A stretch of DNA of 64,000 nucleotides from an uncultured Arthrobacter sp. GTDB lineage: Bacteria; Actinomycetota; Actinomycetes; Actinomycetales; Micrococcaceae. A program made the translations under genes and the position numbers. Location: contig NZ_CADCTE010000066.1 of the NCBI RefSeq assembly GCF_902805515.1, forward strand, positions 18,114 through 82,113. The letters are read 5' to 3'. The number at the start of each line of letters is the position of its first letter. The first letter of the stretch is position 1. Shown here piece by piece: positions 43,540-53,987 of this stretch. Below the pieces are notes generated by a model, which searched no databases, had not been told where the DNA came from, and saw nothing but the letters and a program-made list of their open reading frames with translations.

Positions 43540-44823
43540 ATGAGCAACGATCCATCCGACGGGTCCCGCCGGGACCCAGCCTGGCACCCTCCCGCGGGGC
43601 CGGTGCCAGAGCAGTACCCCGGCTTCCCTCCTCCCTCCGGCGCGGCGCCGGACCAGCCGTTCCGCCCGCCGGGCCCGCAGGACCCGGGGTTTGCCGGGCC
43701 CGGCCCCGACGGCTCCGGCCAGAACAGCTGGGGCCAGAGCTGGGGCGGCGGGTACGGGCCGGGTGCGGCCGCCCCCGGCCCGGGGGCTCCCCAGGGCTGG
43801 GGTTCGCTGCCGCCGCAGGCCTACGCCGCTCCCCCCAAGCCGGGGGTGATTCCGCTGCGCCCGCTGGGCCTTGGCGAAATCCTTGACGGCGCCTTCCAGG
43901 CCTGCCGCCGGAACCCGCTGGCCACCTTCGGCACGGCCATCCTCTTCCAGACCATCGTGGCCCTGGTGACCGCCCTGATGTCGGCCGGGCTGCTCAGCAG
44001 CCTCGACCAGATGGCGATGGGCACCGTCTCCCCCGACCAGCTGGGCGGCACCGTGGCCTCGGCGGTCTCCTTCGCCTCGGTGGTGACGATCGTTTCCCTC
44101 GGGGCGCTGCTCATCCTCCAGGGTGTGCTTGTGATTCCGGTGGCCCGTGCTGTGCTGAACCAGAGGACCGGCTTCGCCCAGCTGTGGAAGCTTTCGGCCC
44201 GCCGCATCCTCCCCCTGCTGGGGCTGGGGCTGATGCTCACCCTGGCGGTGGCCGTGGGTCTTGGCCTGTTCGTGGTGATCGCCATCGGGCTGGCCGCGGC
44301 CCTTGAGGACGCCTCGCTGTTCATCATCATCCCGCTGATCTTCGCCGTCTTCGTGGTCCTCACCTGGATCAGCATCAAACTGGCCCTCGCACCGGCGGCC
44401 CTCATGCTCGAAGGGACCGGACCGATGGCATCGGCGCGCCGGTCCTGGGTGCTGACCGGGCGCAACTGGTGGCGGACCTTCGGCATCATCCTGCTGACCA
44501 GCGTTATGGTCGCAATCATCACCTCGGTGGTGTCGACCCCCATCAGCTTTATCGTGATGGCGCTGTTCAGCTTCTCCGACGCCCCGGCGGCCGGCACGGC
44601 GGATGCGCTCGATTCCCTCCCGGTGCTGGTCCTGACCCAGGTCATCTCGGCCTTCTTCGCCGCCATCGGCTATGCCTTCCAGTCCGGCGTCACCTCCCTG
44701 CTGTACATCGACCTGCGCATCCGCAGGGAAGGCTTCGACGTGGTCCTCCTCGCCGAGACCGAACGGGCCGCGGGCCAGGGCGGCCCGGGGTACGGGCCGG
44801 GACCGCTGGAGGGCCTGCGGTGA
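43540..44823 (+). CDS. Membrane protein with Pro/Gly-rich N-terminus (GDPD-membrane-domain-like)
   Basis: KPGVIPLRPLGLGEILDGAF, LLYIDLRIRREGFD; first gene of the actinobacterial MoxR cluster. Confidence 0.75.
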   Translation: MSNDPSDGSRRDPAWHPPAGPVPEQYPGFPPPSGAAPDQPFRPPGPQDPGFAGPGPDGSGQNSWGQSWGGGYGPGAAAPGPGAPQGWGSLPPQAYAAPPKPGVIPLRPLGLGEILDGAFQACRRNPLATFGTAILFQTIVALVTALMSAGLLSSLDQMAMGTVSPDQLGGTVASAVSFASVVTIVSLGALLILQGVLVIPVARAVLNQRTGFAQLWKLSARRILPLLGLGLMLTLAVAVGLGLFVVIAIGLAAALEDASLFIIIPLIFAVFVVLTWISIKLALAPAALMLEGTGPMASARRSWVLTGRNWWRTFGIILLTSVMVAIITSVVSTPISFIVMALFSFSDAPAAGTADALDSLPVLVLTQVISAFFAAIGYAFQSGVTSLLYIDLRIRREGFDVVLLAETERAAGQGGPGYGPGPLEGLR

Positions 44824-44866
44824 TGTCCCCAGGCCCGGCGCCCTGCCCCCGGGCGTTCCCCCGGTG

Positions 44867-45511
44867 ATGCCCGAGACGCCGGTCGACCGCGACGAGGCCC
44901 GGGAGCTGCTTCGGGAGGAACTGGCCAAACCGGCCTACCAGGAGGCCCAGCCCTCCCTGCTCGAACGGGCGGTCCAGGCCGCCTTCGACTGGTTCATGGA
45001 GGCGCTGTCGGGCATCCGGACGGTGGGGGCCGGACCGGGCACGCTCCTGCTGGCCGCCGGAGCCGTGCTCATCATCGTCGTGGCCGTCGTGCTGATCCGG
45101 CCCCGCCTCAACGCCCGGGCGGACCGCGCCCAGCGGACGGTGTTCTCCAACGGAGCCACCCTTCCGGCCGCCGAGCACCGCCGCCTTGCGGCGGCCGCCG
45201 CCGGAGCGGGCCGGTGGAACGAGGCCCTGGCCGAACGCCTGCGCGCGGTCGTCCGGGACGCCGAGGAACGCGGAATCCTCGAGGAGCGGCTCAGCCGTAC
45301 CGCCACCGAGGCGGCGGCCGGCCTCGCACCGGCCTTCCCGGGCTCGGCCGCGGAGATCCGCTGGCTGGCCGAGAGGTTCAACGAGGTCCAGTACGGCCGG
45401 GGCGCCGCCTCGGAGGCCGATGAGGCCGACGCGGCGCGGGCCCAGGCGCTCGATGCGGCCCTGGCCGGGGGCGTCCCGGCGGACGAGGGCGTTCCCGGGG
45501 CCGCCCGGTGA
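44867..45511 (+). CDS. DUF4129 domain protein
   Basis: DRDEARELLREELAKPAY, one TM, RTATEAA, FNEVQYG; start uncertain (GTG 44864 / ATG 44867). Confidence 0.72.
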   Translation: MPETPVDRDEARELLREELAKPAYQEAQPSLLERAVQAAFDWFMEALSGIRTVGAGPGTLLLAAGAVLIIVVAVVLIRPRLNARADRAQRTVFSNGATLPAAEHRRLAAAAAGAGRWNEALAERLRAVVRDAEERGILEERLSRTATEAAAGLAPAFPGSAAEIRWLAERFNEVQYGRGAASEADEADAARAQALDAALAGGVPADEGVPGAAR

Positions 45512-46806
45512 GCCGGCATGCAGCGCCCCGGCGGGCCTCGGTGCAACCGCCGTCCGCCCTGCCCGCCGACCTGCCCGCCGCCCCGACGGCGGCCGGCCCA
45601 ACACCAGCGGACACGTCCGCCGCTCCCGCTGCGGCGGCCCGCGGAATCACCGGAGATGGCGGGAGCGTTGCCGCGACCGGCCGCCGGCGGCTGCGGCGGG
45701 CGCTGCCGGGGCTGCTGCTGGCCTTCGTCATCGCCGCCGTCGTGGTGCTCGGGCTGCTCACCCGCACCGACGCCGACACCACTCCGCTCTCGCCGGGCAA
45801 TGCGACGCCGACGGGTTCCCGCGCCGTGGCCGAGGTCCTCGGCGACCAGGGGGTCGAAGTGGTCCATGCGCGCACCCTGGCCGAGGCGGAAGCCGCCCGG
45901 GCCCGCCTCCCCGGGGCCACCCTGTTCTTCTCCGACCCCAACGGGTGGCTCAATGAGGAACAGCTGTCCTCGCTGAACCGCTCGTTTCCGAGCAGAGTCC
46001 TCGCCGCACCCTCCGAGCCCCAGCTGCTGGTGCTGGCCCCGGAGATCCTGCCCGCAGGACCCGCCGAGGACGGCCGCGGAGCGGTGCGCGCCGGCTGCAA
46101 CGAGGAGGAGGCCCGGACCGCCGGGGAGATCACCGGCGGCGGCCAGCTCTACTCGGCGCCCGTCGAATGCTTCAGCTCCCCCGCCGCCGACGGCGGGACG
46201 GGCGCCTCGTATGCCGCCGTCGAGGGGACGGTCGTCCTGGGCAACCCGGAAATCCTCATGAACGGCACCATCGAGGAGGCCGGCAACGCCTCACTCGCGC
46301 TGTCCACCCTCGGCGCGGGAGAATCCCTCATCTGGTACCAGCCGAGCACCGCGGACCTCGCCGGTGCCACCGGCCCGCCCGCCAACCCGCTGGAGCTGCT
46401 TCCGGACTGGGTCAACTCCCTGATGCTCTGGCTGCTCGGATGCGCCCTCCTGGCCATGCTGTGGCGGGGCCGGCGGCTGGGCCCGCTCGCCGTGGAACCA
46501 CTCCCGGTCGTCGTCAGCGCCGCCGAAACCGCGGAGGGCCGGGCCCGCCTCTACCAGGGTTCCCGGGCCGTCCGGCACGCCGCGGAGAACCTGCGGGCGG
46601 CTACCCTCAGCCGGGCCGCGGTCCGGCTGCGCCTGCCCCCGTCCAGTGCCCGGGCCGCCGTCGTGCAGGCCGTGGCGCACAAGACCGGCCGCCGCCGCGA
46701 GGACGTCCACTCGCTCCTTGACGGCCCACCTCCGTCCACGGAGAAGGACCTCGCGCGCTGGGCGCAACAGCTTCTGGACCTCGAAAAGGAGATCAACAAC
46801 TCATGA
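45508..46806 (+). CDS. DUF4350 domain protein
   Basis: TM then LSPGNATPTGSRAVAEVLGDQGV; RGRRLGPLAVEPLPVVVSAAETAEGRARLY. Confidence 0.78.
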   Translation: MSRHAAPRRASVQPPSALPADLPAAPTAAGPTPADTSAAPAAAARGITGDGGSVAATGRRRLRRALPGLLLAFVIAAVVVLGLLTRTDADTTPLSPGNATPTGSRAVAEVLGDQGVEVVHARTLAEAEAARARLPGATLFFSDPNGWLNEEQLSSLNRSFPSRVLAAPSEPQLLVLAPEILPAGPAEDGRGAVRAGCNEEEARTAGEITGGGQLYSAPVECFSSPAADGGTGASYAAVEGTVVLGNPEILMNGTIEEAGNASLALSTLGAGESLIWYQPSTADLAGATGPPANPLELLPDWVNSLMLWLLGCALLAMLWRGRRLGPLAVEPLPVVVSAAETAEGRARLYQGSRAVRHAAENLRAATLSRAAVRLRLPPSSARAAVVQAVAHKTGRRREDVHSLLDGPPPSTEKDLARWAQQLLDLEKEINNS

Positions 46807-47855
46807 ACCGACAGAGTGGATGGCAGCAGGACGGCACCGGGGCTCACGCGGCGCACCAGGGGGTGGACACCGTGACGGAGCAGGCTCCGGCGGGGCGGAC
46901 GGTCGATGACTCCCCCCGCCGCGCACTCCTGGACGTGCGGGCCGAGGTCGGCAAGGCGGTCGTGGGGCAGGACGCGGCGGTGACCGGACTGCTCATCGCC
47001 CTGCTCGCCAACGGGCACGTGCTCCTCGAGGGTGTGCCCGGGGTCGCCAAGACGCTGCTGATCCGCACCCTGTCGGCGGCGCTCAGCCTCGACACCAAGC
47101 GGGTCCAGTTCACCCCGGACCTGATGCCCGGTGACATCACCGGTTCGCTCATCTACGAATCGCGCACCTCCGAGTTCACCTTCCGGGAGGGCCCGGTCTT
47201 CACCAATATCCTGCTCGCCGACGAGATCAACCGGACGCCGCCGAAGACCCAGGCCTCGCTGCTCGAGGCGATGGAGGAGCGCCAGGTCTCGGTGGACGGG
47301 GTCTCCCGCGCCCTTCCGGACCCGTTCATCGTGGCGGCCACCCAGAACCCGGTCGAGTACGAGGGCACCTACCCGCTGCCGGAGGCCCAGCTCGACCGCT
47401 TCCTGCTCAAGCTCGTCCTGCCGCTGCCCGGACGGGACGACGAGATCGAAGTGATCCGCCGGCACAGTGAGGGCTTCGACCCGCGGAACCTTGGCGGCGC
47501 CGGGGTCCGCGCCGTTGCCGGGGCCTCCGACCTCGCCGCGGCGCGCCGCGCGGTCGGCAGGGTGTCGATCGCCCCGGAGGTGATTGCCTACATCGTCGAC
47601 CTGGTGCGCGCCACCCGGGCGGCGCCGTCGTTCCAGCTGGGCGTCTCCCCGCGCGGGGCGACCGCGCTGCTGACGACGGCGCGTGCCTGGGCGTGGCTGT
47701 CCGGACGCAACTTCGTCACCCCGGACGATGTGAAGACCCTCGCCATGCCCGCCCTGCGGCACCGCGTCGCCATGCGGCCGGAGGCCCAGATGGACGGCGT
47801 CGGCGTCGATGAGGTCCTCGGCGGGATCCTCGCCGTCGTTCCGGTTCCCCGGTGA
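46803..47855 (+). CDS. moxR: MoxR family AAA+ ATPase
   Basis: LEGVPGVAKT, RVQFTPDLMPGD, LADEINRTPPKTQASLLEAM, PEAQLDRF, VSPRG. Confidence 0.93.
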   Translation: MNRQSGWQQDGTGAHAAHQGVDTVTEQAPAGRTVDDSPRRALLDVRAEVGKAVVGQDAAVTGLLIALLANGHVLLEGVPGVAKTLLIRTLSAALSLDTKRVQFTPDLMPGDITGSLIYESRTSEFTFREGPVFTNILLADEINRTPPKTQASLLEAMEERQVSVDGVSRALPDPFIVAATQNPVEYEGTYPLPEAQLDRFLLKLVLPLPGRDDEIEVIRRHSEGFDPRNLGGAGVRAVAGASDLAAARRAVGRVSIAPEVIAYIVDLVRATRAAPSFQLGVSPRGATALLTTARAWAWLSGRNFVTPDDVKTLAMPALRHRVAMRPEAQMDGVGVDEVLGGILAVVPVPR

Positions 47856-47909
47856 ACCGCGCCGCACCGCACCGCGCCGCCGGCGGAGGCCCCGGAGGGG
47901 AGGCCCGCG

Positions 47910-49202
47910 GTGGCGGTTAGCGGACGCCTGGTGCTGCTGGCCCTGCTCGGCGCGCTGCCCATCGTGCTGTTCCCCGGCGCGCTGCCCGCGCTGATCTGGG
48001 CCGGGCTGCTGGCCGCAGGTGTCGCCGTCGACCTGCTGCTTGCCGCCTCTCCCCGCCGGGTCGGAGTGCGCAGGGCCCTGCCCGCCACCGTGCGCCTGGG
48101 CGAGGGCTGCGTCGGCGCGCTCCTGCTGTCCAACGACACCGGCCGCACCCTCCGGGCGGCCGTCCGTGACCCGTGGCAGCCCTCGGCCGGGGCCGCCAAC
48201 CCCGAACAGCGCCTGCGCGTGGCCGCCGGCCGGGTGCACCGCATGGAGGTGTCGCTGCTGCCGGCCCGCCGGGGGATCCTCACCACCGGCTCGGTCACCC
48301 TCCGCAGCTACGGACCGCTCGGCCTCGCGGCGCGCCAGCTGACCCTCCCGGTGCCAGCGGAGCTGCGCGTGCTCCCGCCGTTCCTTTCCAAGCGCCACCT
48401 TCCCTCGAAGCTGCGCCGGCTTCGAGAGCTCGACGGGCGGGCCGCGGTGCAGATCCGGGGCGCGGGAACGGAGTTCGATTCGCTGCGCGACTATGTGCGC
48501 GGTGACGACGTGCGCTCCATCGACTGGCGGGCCAGCGCGCGGCGGCGGGACACCGTGGTGCGCACCTGGCGGCCCGAAAGGGACCGCCGCGTGGTGATCG
48601 TCCTTGACACCTCGCGGACCTCCGCCGCGCGGATCGCCGACGAGCCGCGCCTCGACACCGGCATCGAGGCGGCCCTGCTGCTGGCCGTGCTCGCCCAGCA
48701 CGGCGGCGACAAGGTCGACTTCCTCGCCTTCGACCGCCGCCTCCGGGCCCGGGTCGACTCCGGGGCCAAGGCGAACCTCCTCAACGCCCTGGTGCGGGCG
48801 ATGGCCCCCCTGGAACCGGAACTGATCGAGGCGGACTTCTCCCGGATCCCGGCGCAGATCCGCTCGGTCTCCCCCCACCGGTCGCTGGTGGTGCTGCTGA
48901 CCTCCCTCGACTCCGGCGCCGTCGAGGAAGGCCTGCTGCCGGTGCTTCCCGGGCTCACCGCGCAGCATCTGGTGGTGATCGCCTCCGTGCGCGATCCGCG
49001 GCTCGGGGAGCTGCGGGCCGTGCGGGGCACGGCCGCCGACGCGTACCGGGCCGCAGCGGCGGAGCGGGCGCTGCTGGACCGGGAGGCGGTCACGGCGCGG
49101 CTGAAACAGCTGGGCGCCGAGGTGGTCGATGAACATCCGCTGGAGCTTCCGCCCCGGCTCGCCGACACCTACATCCGGCTCAAGGCGGCGGGCCGGCTGT
49201 GA
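47910..49202 (+). CDS. DUF58 / VWA-like protein
   Basis: GTEFDSLRDYVRGDDVRSIDWRASAR, VIVLDTSRTS; MoxR partner. Confidence 0.88.
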   Translation: MAVSGRLVLLALLGALPIVLFPGALPALIWAGLLAAGVAVDLLLAASPRRVGVRRALPATVRLGEGCVGALLLSNDTGRTLRAAVRDPWQPSAGAANPEQRLRVAAGRVHRMEVSLLPARRGILTTGSVTLRSYGPLGLAARQLTLPVPAELRVLPPFLSKRHLPSKLRRLRELDGRAAVQIRGAGTEFDSLRDYVRGDDVRSIDWRASARRRDTVVRTWRPERDRRVVIVLDTSRTSAARIADEPRLDTGIEAALLLAVLAQHGGDKVDFLAFDRRLRARVDSGAKANLLNALVRAMAPLEPELIEADFSRIPAQIRSVSPHRSLVVLLTSLDSGAVEEGLLPVLPGLTAQHLVVIASVRDPRLGELRAVRGTAADAYRAAAAERALLDREAVTARLKQLGAEVVDEHPLELPPRLADTYIRLKAAGRL

Positions 49203-49281
49203 ACGCCGCGGCCGCCGCCGGCAGTCCCCGCGGGCGGGGCACCGCCCGCGGATCTGAGAGCAAGCAGGGAGGAACATTGCG

Positions 49282-49944
49282 GTGAAATCGATCTACCAGG
49301 AGGTTCTGGGCCGGGACTTTGACCGGCTCCAGCCGGAACTGCGTGAGTACTTCGGGCTCTCCGCCGGCAGCGGAAAGGCCGGGGTGGGAACCGGCCGGTT
49401 CGACGTCGCCGGCTCCCCGGCCCGGTTCGCCCGGCCGGCGTTCCGGCTCACGGCCCTCGACAACGCCTTCTTCCCCGAATACGAGACCTCGGTGCCGTTC
49501 ACGATCGCCAACTACCCGCATACCGACCCGTTCGGCCGGCCGGCGCTGACCGCGCGGCGCGAGATCCGGTTCAGCACTGCGGTCCGGGTGTTTGAGGACA
49601 CCACGTCGCTGCAGGACGGGCGGCTGACCGACTACCTGGGCTCGCGGCGGCGCATGGCGACGGCGCTGACCTGCTCGGTCACGGACGGCGGGCACATGCG
49701 CATGGTGTCCACCGCAACACGCGTCTTCGCGGGGATCCGGATTGCCCTGCCCGACGCCGTCGGCGCCAGTGCCACCATGGAGCAGTGGTGGGACGGGCAG
49801 CGCTTCCGCATCACGACCCGGGTGGTGCACCGCCAGCTGGGCACCCTGCTCGTGTACGCCGGGAGTTTCGACTACGAGCTCCAGGCGTTCGACGGCGTGC
49901 TCCCCGGCCCGGCCCAGCCGCGGCGGTGGGAGGAGCGGACCTAG
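49282..49944 (+). CDS. DUF4166 domain protein
   Basis: SIYQEVLGRDFDRLQPELREYF, VRVFEDT, LLVYAGSF. Confidence 0.7.
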   Translation: MKSIYQEVLGRDFDRLQPELREYFGLSAGSGKAGVGTGRFDVAGSPARFARPAFRLTALDNAFFPEYETSVPFTIANYPHTDPFGRPALTARREIRFSTAVRVFEDTTSLQDGRLTDYLGSRRRMATALTCSVTDGGHMRMVSTATRVFAGIRIALPDAVGASATMEQWWDGQRFRITTRVVHRQLGTLLVYAGSFDYELQAFDGVLPGPAQPRRWEERT

Positions 49945-51017
49945 GCCTCCGCGGCGAGCTGGGTCAGGGCCTCCGCGGCGCCGACCAGCCGCGTCAGGCT
50001 CTGCCGGGCGGCGGCGGGGGTGAGCCCGGCCAGCCCCTCCAGGGAGGTCACGGTCAGGGCACCCAGCGCCGCGTCCGGGAGGCCGACCCGGCGCCAGGGG
50101 TCGACGACGGCGGCCACGAGCGCCGAGACCTGCGGCACCGTGGCACCCGGGCCCAGGATCCCGGCCCACAGCCGGCGCCCCGACTCGACGGCCTCGGCCA
50201 GCCGCTCCCACTGGGCGTCAGTCACTGCACCGAAGGGCAGCCCGAGCGTGTCGGCGGGGCTTGAGAGGGCGGCGTCGAGCACGTCGTCGCCGCCGGGCAC
50301 GCGGAGCACCAGCCGGTCCGCGCCGGCGGCCCGGACGGCCCGGTGGAGGCCCGCCCAAGCGTCGGTGGCCTCCTGTCGCGGCACCGCGCGCAGCGTCCGG
50401 TAGCCGCTGGCGGTCGGGATCCGGCCGGCGAGCACGGCGTCGGCCTCGGGCTCATCGAGCTGCACCTCGACGACGGCGCCGCGGGCCACCGCCGCGGTCC
50501 GCCGGACCAGGTCGGCGGCCCCCGCCGCCAGTGAGGCGTAGATCTCCCGCCGCGCGCCGGCGTCGAGCAGGGCCCGCTCCCCGGAGTGGAGGTGGACGTT
50601 GGCCGCCACCGAGAGAGGGCCGCGCAGGTGCACCTTCACGCGTGCGGCGGGTGCCTCCTCCGCTCCGGCGATATCGCCAAGCGCGTTGAGGTCTGACGAC
50701 AGCGCCGACTCAGCCCTGCGCTGGTCCTTCCCCGGGCGGGCCACGAGGCGCCAGCCGTGGGGCTGAAGGTCGAAGGGAAGCTCAACGAGCATCCCGAGGG
50801 TGCGGCCGACGGCGTCGCTGCCGGGCCCGCGCTGCGGCAGGGCGGCAAGGAACGGCAGATGCGGGCCGCCGAGTTCGCCGCGCACCGCCCGGTGCGCCTC
50901 CAGCGGGTCGGTCCCGGGCCAGTCGCCGGATGCCGTCGCGGCGGCCTGCACCGCCCCGGTGCCGGCCGGGCCGGCAGGTGTTCCGGTCCCGGGAGCGGCG
51001 GAGGACTCAGGCCCCAC
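49941..51017 (-). CDS. Cobalamin-independent methionine synthase C-terminal-like protein (probably degenerate)
   Basis: WPGTDP, LPFLAALPQRGPGSDAVGRT, GPLSVAA, VQLDEP; near mnmA as in other actinobacteria. Confidence 0.65.
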   Translation of the reverse strand: MGPESSAAPGTGTPAGPAGTGAVQAAATASGDWPGTDPLEAHRAVRGELGGPHLPFLAALPQRGPGSDAVGRTLGMLVELPFDLQPHGWRLVARPGKDQRRAESALSSDLNALGDIAGAEEAPAARVKVHLRGPLSVAANVHLHSGERALLDAGARREIYASLAAGAADLVRRTAAVARGAVVEVQLDEPEADAVLAGRIPTASGYRTLRAVPRQEATDAWAGLHRAVRAAGADRLVLRVPGGDDVLDAALSSPADTLGLPFGAVTDAQWERLAEAVESGRRLWAGILGPGATVPQVSALVAAVVDPWRRVGLPDAALGALTVTSLEGLAGLTPAAARQSLTRLVGAAEALTQLAAEA

Positions 51018-51399
51018 CGGTGCCCTCCGGTGCGCGTCCTGACGCTTCCCCGTTGCGGGTCTCCGAAATCGCCTGATGGTGGCGGATCACCTCGGAGATG
51101 ATGAAGTTGAGGAACTTTTCGGCGAAGGCCGGGTCGAGGTGCGCCTCCGCCGCCAGGGCGCGCAGGCGCGCGATCTGCGCCGCCTCGCGGGCCGGGTCGC
51201 CCGCGGGGAGCCGGTGCTCGGCCTTGAGGTGGCCCACCCGCTGGGTGGCCTTGAAGCGTTCGGCCAGCAGGTACACGAGCGTCGCGTCGATATTGTCGAT
51301 GCTGCTGCGCACCGACAGGAGTTCGGCCATCACCTCGGGCTTCACGGATCCCGCGAGGGAACTCGCCTCAGGGTCGAAATCACGTGTCTCTTCGCTCAT
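51007..51399 (-). CDS. Stand-alone chorismate mutase (AroQ / CM_2)
   Basis: LLSVRSSIDNIDATLVYLLAERFKATQRVGHLK, DPAREAAQ. Confidence 0.88.
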   Translation of the reverse strand: MSEETRDFDPEASSLAGSVKPEVMAELLSVRSSIDNIDATLVYLLAERFKATQRVGHLKAEHRLPAGDPAREAAQIARLRALAAEAHLDPAFAEKFLNFIISEVIRHHQAISETRNGEASGRAPEGTGGA

Positions 51400-51460
51400 G
51401 GAACCAGTCAATCAGACTTCCGGGGGCACCCTTAACTGTGTCCGCGGTGCGGCGGAAGGC

Positions 51461-52603
51461 TCAGCCGGCGACGCCGGCCGGTTCGGGGCGGAGTGCGGAC
51501 CGGGCCGAATCGATGGTCGCCTGGCCCAGCACGCGGCTGCCCTGATACAGCACGACGGTCTGCCCGGGGGCCACCCCGCGCATCGGTTCGACCAGGCGCA
51601 CGACGAGCTCGGGGCGTCCGTCGGCACCGGCTTCGACGCGGGCTCGGGCGTCGACGGGGTCGCCGTGCGCGCGCACCTGGGCCATGCAGTCGAACTCCTC
51701 ACCGGTGTCTACCTCGGCGATGGGCCTGCCGGCCCAGGAGACCTTGATGCCGCGCATCGAATCGATGGCGAGCAGCTGCTCCGGGCCGACCACCACGGTG
51801 TTTTCCTTGGGCCGGATCTCCAGGACAAAGCGCGGCTTGCCGTCGGGCGCGGGCCGGCCAAGCTTCAGGCCCTTGCGCTGGCCCACGGTGAACGCGTTGG
51901 CGCCGGGGTGGGTGCCGAGCTTCGTTCCGTCGACGTCGAGGATGTCGCCCTCGGTGAGGTCGATGCGCTCCTCGAGCCAGCCGCGGGTGTCGCCGTCGGG
52001 GATGAAGCAGATGTCGTGGCTGTCCGGCTTGTTGGCCACCGACAGCCCGCGGCGCTCGGCTTCGGCGCGCACCTCGGCCTTCGACGGGGTCTCCGCGAGG
52101 GGGAACATCGAGTGCTTGAGCTGCTCGTGGGTCAGCACGCCCAGCACGTAGGACTGGTCCTTCGCCCAGTCCGCGGCGCGGTGGAGCTCCCGGTTGCCGT
52201 CGGCGTCCTCGATGACCTTGGCGTAGTGCCCGGTGCAGACGGCGTCGAAGCCCAGCGCCAGCGCCTTTTCGAGCAGGGCGGCAAACTTGATCCGCTCGTT
52301 GCAGCGCATGCAGGGGTTGGGGGTGCGCCCGGCCGCGTACTCGGCGATGAAGTCGTCGACCACGTCCTCCTTGAAGCGCTCCGAGAAGTCCCACACGTAG
52401 TAGGGGATGCCGAGGATGTCACAGGCGCGCCAGGCGTCCCGGGAGTCCTCGATGGTGCAGCAGCCCCGGCTGCCGGTGCGCAGGGTCCCGGGCATCCGGG
52501 ACAGCGCAAGGTGCACCCCGACGACGTCGTGCCCGGCCTCCACGGCGCGGGCCGCAGCGACGGCCGAATCGACCCCGCCGCTCATAGCTGCAAGTACCTT
52601 CAT
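51461..52603 (-). CDS. mnmA: tRNA-specific 2-thiouridylase MnmA
   Basis: [47 protein letters not shown]; ATG 52603 overlaps the upstream TGA. Confidence 0.96.
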   Translation of the reverse strand: MKVLAAMSGGVDSAVAAARAVEAGHDVVGVHLALSRMPGTLRTGSRGCCTIEDSRDAWRACDILGIPYYVWDFSERFKEDVVDDFIAEYAAGRTPNPCMRCNERIKFAALLEKALALGFDAVCTGHYAKVIEDADGNRELHRAADWAKDQSYVLGVLTHEQLKHSMFPLAETPSKAEVRAEAERRGLSVANKPDSHDICFIPDGDTRGWLEERIDLTEGDILDVDGTKLGTHPGANAFTVGQRKGLKLGRPAPDGKPRFVLEIRPKENTVVVGPEQLLAIDSMRGIKVSWAGRPIAEVDTGEEFDCMAQVRAHGDPVDARARVEAGADGRPELVVRLVEPMRGVAPGQTVVLYQGSRVLGQATIDSARSALRPEPAGVAG

Positions 52604-53826
52604 AGGGAAAAACCTGTTCCTGCCGTTTGGATTGATGATGCATGGCCGGCCATGCCCGCCTTGCGCGCACGGGCGCAGGCATCGGGGAGGGCCGCAAGAA
52701 GGGCGTCGACATCCTCCGCGGAGGAGGTGTGGCCCAGGGTGAAGCGTTGGGCGCCGCGGGCTTCGTCCTCGCTCAGCCCCATCGCCAGGAGCACGTGGGA
52801 GGGCCGGGGCACCCCCGCGGTGCACGCGGCGCCGGTTGAGGATTCGATCCCGGCCAGGTCGAGCAGGAACAGCAGCGAGTCCCCCTCGCAGCCGGGGAAG
52901 GTGAAGTGGGCGTTTCCGGGCAGCCGCGCTCCGGCGGGCGCCGGATGCGCGACGCCGCGCAGGACGGCCTCGGGCACCGCCCGCTGGACGCCTTCGATAA
53001 GGCGGTCCCTCAGGGCGGAGAGCCGCGCCGACTCCCCGGCCAGGTGGCCCACCGCCGCGTCGGCGGCGGCGGCGAACGCCGCGATCCCCGGCGCGTCGAG
53101 GGTGCCCGAGCGGATATCGCGCTCCTGGCCGCCCCCGTGCTGGACCGGGGTGAGTTTCACCGACCGGCCCACGAAGAGCGCGCCCACCCCCACGGGCCCG
53201 CCGATCTTGTGGGCGCTGACGGCCATGGTGGCCAGCCCGGAGCCGGCGAAGGAGACCGGAAGGGAGCCGAATGCCTGGACGGCGTCGGAATGCACCGGCA
53301 CCGCGTGCGCCGCGGCCAGGGCGGTGATCTCGGCGATGGGCTGGACGGTTCCCACCTCGTTGTTGGCCCACATGACCGCGACCAGGGCCGTGGCGTCGGC
53401 GTGCGCCTCGAGTTCGGTGCGCAGCGCCTCGACCGAGACGACGCCGGCGCCGTCGACGGGCAGCCACGTCACCTGCGCCCCCTCGTGCCGCTCAAGCCAT
53501 TCGATGGTGTCCTGCACCGCGTGGTGCTCGACGGGCGAGGCGATGATGCGGGTGCGGCGGGGGTCCTCGGCCGTGCGGGCCCAGTAGAGGCCCTTGACGG
53601 CCAGGTTGTCCGCTTCGGTTCCGCCCGAGGTGAAGATCACTTCGGAGGGGTGGGCGCCGGCGGCCCGGGCGAGGCTTTCGCGGGCGTCCTCGACGCCCCG
53701 GCGGGCACGCCGGCCGGAGCCGTGCAGCGAGGAGGGGTTGCCGCTGCGGCTGAGTTCGAAGGTCAATGCGGCGAGCGCTGGCGCCGATAGAGGCGTAGTC
53801 GCCGCGTGATCGAGGTACACGGGCAT
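52600..53826 (-). CDS. iscS: Cysteine desulfurase (IscS/NifS-like)
   Basis: [42 protein letters not shown]. Confidence 0.92.
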   Translation of the reverse strand: MPVYLDHAATTPLSAPALAALTFELSRSGNPSSLHGSGRRARRGVEDARESLARAAGAHPSEVIFTSGGTEADNLAVKGLYWARTAEDPRRTRIIASPVEHHAVQDTIEWLERHEGAQVTWLPVDGAGVVSVEALRTELEAHADATALVAVMWANNEVGTVQPIAEITALAAAHAVPVHSDAVQAFGSLPVSFAGSGLATMAVSAHKIGGPVGVGALFVGRSVKLTPVQHGGGQERDIRSGTLDAPGIAAFAAAADAAVGHLAGESARLSALRDRLIEGVQRAVPEAVLRGVAHPAPAGARLPGNAHFTFPGCEGDSLLFLLDLAGIESSTGAACTAGVPRPSHVLLAMGLSEDEARGAQRFTLGHTSSAEDVDALLAALPDACARARKAGMAGHASSIQTAGTGFSL

Positions 53827-53987
53827 ACACCGATTCTAGCGGCGGAGCCGGTATCCGCCGATTCGGCGGCGGGGCGCCGGGCACCGGTCAGCCTTCCTCC
53901 GGCTGCCCGCCGGGCAGTCCGGGGCGCCCGGCAGCCGCCGCAACGGACCGGGGCGGGCCGTTCCGGTGGCCGGTCCCGGCCGGCGGC

